A stretch of DNA of 11,794 nt from the NCBI GenBank assembly GCA_018985225.1, contig JADGIF010000283.1, forward strand, positions 1-11,794, in the 5' to 3' direction. Source of the DNA: Amoeboradix gromovi X-113 (lineage: Eukaryota; Fungi; Sanchytriomycota). Under the pieces are notes generated by a model. It was not told the origin of the DNA, made no database searches, and saw nothing but the letters and a program-made list of their open reading frames with translations. A program made the position numbers and the translations under genes. This document shows, piece after piece, positions 8,801-11,794 of this stretch; position 1 is the stretch's first letter; every line of letters begins with the position of its first letter.

Positions 8801-10632
8801 ACAGAATTAGCCAAGACATCCTTCGAGGTAGAATCGTCTTGCAAAAACTTATGAAAAGATTCACTTAGGACTGCGCACAAGCTGTAATCACTAGGATTTC
8901 GAAGCTTGCTAATGAAAGATATCAAATATTCTGGAAACTGATTCGTTGTAATGTTTATTACCTTTAAAATGAAATGGAATAAATAGTTGTTTAAATTTGG
9001 ATAGAGCGGTATTAATTTTAATGCAGCTTTTAGTAATTTATCGTGGTTTGCGATGATGATGTTTTCATTCAGCTGCTCCACCTCCATGATCATGTTACCT
9101 ATTTCACGTTCACTTAACAGCTGATTCAACTTCTCCGCCGGTTGCCTGTTTGTGGGAGCAGCTGTGGCAAGTGACTCTTCACTATTCTTAGCAGATCTAT
9201 CAATGCCAATAACGTCTTCAATTCCACTTAGAAACTTAAAGACCACAACATCCTTTGAAGTTTTCGTGCTATAAACTTTAGCTTCAAATTGAAAAATAGA
9301 CTTTCCGTTATCTACAAATGATAAGTCACCATCTTTACCACTAATGTAGTCACCAGAAGGAGGGAACTCAGTCGCAACTGGTAGTTCATAAGGGCCATCG
9401 TTCATTAAGCCCTTACCAAACAGTGGAATACAGCTATAACCAAGGAAGGTTTCAATAGTTTCTAATTTTTCATCCTTTTCTCTATTTGGGGTAATACAAG
9501 ATGGGAGGTCATCAAAATCATTAATGCTAATTCTTCTATCCTGCTCTGGGGATTTGAAAGTTGCTGTACTAGTTGACATTGGTCTTTTAGAATTTATCGT
9601 AGGGCCACTCTCGACTTTTTTACTTTGTTTTATGCTTACATGATAAAAGGAAAATCTTAGATGGTGCTGGTTTGTGAGCCTTCGAGGCAATTTGATGTGG
9701 CAGCAGTCGTTAAATTTAGGATTCTTTTCATGGTATGTTACATTACTTTCAAATACATTCGAAGTTTCCATTGTTCCGTCGAACAGTTTATAGCCAGTTT
9801 CAAAACATTCCAAGCCTTTAGTGCAGTAGGGTTGTGGATCACATTTTTCAAGAACATGCAACCGGCACAAAATATTTCTAGCACTGCTAGACGAGTTTAT
9901 TTTTTTGAAATTAACTTGGTTAATTGTTAGATAGGCATCATGAGTGTTACGAATGATAGTGTCATCAAGGAATTCAAAAACTTCCAAGGACTTTGAAAAC
10001 AAATTGTTGTCATCAACAGGATTATCATCCTTGTCATATGTGCGCTTAACTTTAACAATATCCATTCCAATGGCTCCAATTTCTTTTCTTACAGCTGTAT
10101 TTTTCTTGACACTTTGTGAAAAATCATCAACGCTTATTCCAGAACCTGGATAAATTTTGCAGTTAAAAGTCCCTTCAATCAAAGACTGCATTCCCCATCC
10201 AGTGGTCTCGTAATAACCCGGACGTATCTCCTCATCAACGCGAATCCATAAAGACAAGCCTTGCTTATGCTGCAGATGATACCACTGATTCCATATCTTC
10301 AAATCATCTGATATTCGCTTCATCTCAGAGTCCACCACATAACAAAATATTCTAGCACCAAATGAAAGTTTGAACCTAAAAACAAGGAAATCCTTTTGAA
10401 TAATAATTTCTTTGGCATCGAAATATTTCATTGGTTTATATTCATAGTTAAAATTGGTAGATAAATTTAAATGTTTAGTATGACTTTGTTTATGTAAAAT
10501 GTCAGCTTGATATAATGGGAACTGATTCATAGAATCTTCTTGAAGTGGTTTATTAGATGAAGTGGAACTTGGTTCTGCTTTGGAAATAATAGACACACGC
10601 GAAAAATCCATGTTTAAAGTGCTTTCTCTCAT
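5894..10632 (-). CDS. Dedicator of cytokinesis (DOCK-C/D, zizimin-type) Rho-family GEF; exons 10632..7576 and 7555..5894 (~1572 aa)
   Basis: DHR-1/C2 motif VTYHEKNPKFNDCCHIKLPRRLTNQHHLRFSFYHVS. DHR-2 motifs GYKGTPDLRI, FYRVGFFGKQFG, YIQITHVKP, FVFSTPFTKNGKAHG and LQRVLSGSVRVQVNSGPLEIAKVF. The two ORFs are joined in frame by a 20-nt intron (…NFISV|FSINIFQKRTRYCQDL…VQVLFNLL…). Confidence 0.93.
7556..7575 (-). other. 20-nt spliceosomal intron (GTATCTTAATACTAATTTAG), phase 0
   Basis: GT…AG ends; contains the in-frame TAA that ends ORF 7567..10632; branch-point-like TACTAAT directly before TTAG; removal gives a stop-free frame into ORF 5894..7444. Confidence 0.92.
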
Positions 10633-10886
10633 CTGTGGCTTTTTTTCAGAAAATTATGATTAAATTTTAAAGTCAACTATACGGTAAATTGGGGATTCCC
10701 GCAAAGCAATTCTGTGTTAGATGCAGATGCTATTTTGGCGTTTAAGTGCTTTTAAACAATTGGAGTTGCAATAATCTCTTCCGAATAGAGATTGAATTAC
10801 AAGCTCAATCAATTGTTCTGCCCAATGATTATTTCCCTTCTTTGCTTAAAGAGTTTCCACTTTGGTTTTTTCATCGTAGGCCAAGA

Positions 10887-11354
10887 ATGATTCAAAACAG
10901 ACGAAAAAAAAGAGAAATTACAGATGAGCAGCAAGCGGAGCTAAAAGATGTCTTTGAGCTATTCGATTTAGATAAAGATAACTTATTAAGTGCTGCAGAA
11001 TGTAGATTCGCATTAAGATCACTTGGATTTGAGATGAAAACCCATCAATTGCTTCAAATATTGAAAGAAAACAATTACAAAGAACAAAAGATCAGTTATG
11101 AGCAATATTTTACAATCACTAAGAAGTTAGTAGTTGATAGAGATCCATTAGATGAGATTCGACGTGCATTTCAGTTATTTGATGAAGAAGGCAAAGGAAA
11201 GATTTCACTCAAAAACTTGAGGAAGGTTGCAAACGAGCTAGGTGAGAATGTTGATGATGACGAGTTACAAGCAATGATTGATGAATTTGACACCGATAAT
11301 GATGGTGAAATTAATGAGCAAGAATTCATTCAGCTTATGCTTGAGTCTATTTAA
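10887..11354 (+). CDS. CDC31: Centrin (Cdc31/centrin-3 type EF-hand protein), 155 aa from ATG 10887
   Basis: EF-hand loops DLDKDNLLSAAE, DEEGKGKISLKN and DTDNDGEINEQE; centrin motifs ALRSLGFE, DRDPLDEIRRAFQLFD and ELGENVDDDELQAMIDEFD. The upstream GTG-started extension is unsupported. Confidence 0.92.
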   Translation: MIQNRRKKREITDEQQAELKDVFELFDLDKDNLLSAAECRFALRSLGFEMKTHQLLQILKENNYKEQKISYEQYFTITKKLVVDRDPLDEIRRAFQLFDEEGKGKISLKNLRKVANELGENVDDDELQAMIDEFDTDNDGEINEQEFIQLMLESI

Positions 11355-11628
11355 TAAACACTGGTATTTCTAATTCTTTTTCATTTGTGAATAATGAACA
11401 TGATTCCTTCACTAAGTTTGTGAGAATTTCTACGGCAGAGTAGATAGATACTTGGGAAAGACGCGATTTTCCAGATATCAATCTCTCAATTACAGTGATT
11501 GCTCACGTTCTCACTACCTGAGACTGGACTGTATAAGGATACATGTGTTTGTATATATTCCTTGGTGCCATATGATCTCCATCCATACCAGTCTCTAAAT
11601 GTCTGTGAGTGTATACTACTTCTACTAG
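11347..11628 (-). other. Unresolved coding-like frame (3' end of an unknown gene or a pseudogene) with one internal TGA at 11505-11503
   Basis: The frame reads LVEVVYTHRHLETGMDGDHMAPRNIYKHMYPYTVQSQVVRT*AITVIERLISGKSRLSQVSIYSAVEILTNLVKESCSLFTNEKELEIPVFIK*, ending ATTAAA-TAG. No family recognised and no convincing intron found. Confidence 0.25.
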
Positions 11629-11794
11629 TTATTTTTTAAGACCTGATATATTCAGGATTGCGAGATGGGACACCAAATATCAAAACTAGACTAACTCGTT
11701 TTTAAAGGTGCACCATACGGAGGAAATCATTAATAAAAGATCTTCTTCTATTATACCAATTTTCTCTCATTGATTGTATTCCTCTTTTCAAAAT

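Noticed and set aside
2371-10153. Short antisense or alternate-frame ORFs in the track (e.g. 2371..2580, 2728..3048, 4997..5200, 5533..5727, 7630..7953, 9661..9930)
   Set aside because: They are shadows of well-supported genes and have no recognisable motifs.
10746-10886. 47-aa GTG-initiated extension of centrin
   Set aside because: Non-ATG start with no centrin similarity, lying in the divergent promoter gap. ATG 10887 gives a complete centrin.
11486-11794. Alternative genetic code (TAA=Gln) suggested by a minus frame with two in-frame TAA
   Set aside because: Thousands of codons in conserved genes contain no in-frame TAA/TAG, and most genes terminate with TAA.
1-11794. tRNA, rRNA, CRISPR arrays, transposons or tandem repeats
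   Set aside because: None recognisable by eye. A covariance-model search would be needed to exclude small ncRNAs in 1-450, 10633-10886 and 11360-11794.

Overview
AT-rich, extremely gene-dense eukaryotic nuclear DNA in the standard genetic code, probably from an early-diverging fungus or fungus-related opisthokont with a reduced genome (inferred from fungal-type Tof1, Tim10 and Mix17 motifs and a chitin-deacetylase-like protein). Genes in order: Timeless/Tof1 (+), a putative GPI-anchored surface protein with a degenerate NodB/CE4 domain (+), F-actin capping protein alpha (+), Tim10 (+), an unannotated 32-aa microprotein (-), CHCHD2/Mix17 (-), a DOCK-C/D (zizimin-type) Rho GEF (-), centrin/Cdc31 (+), and an unresolved interrupted frame (-) at the right end. 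Intergenic gaps are about 10-250 nt. The main result is three ultra-short GT-AG introns (19, 19 and 20 nt) sharing the 3' end YTMATTTAG. Two explain apparent ORF breaks (Tof1, DOCK) and one restores a family-like C-terminus (CAPZA). Every confidently called gene also has AATAAA overlapping or within a few nt of its stop codon.
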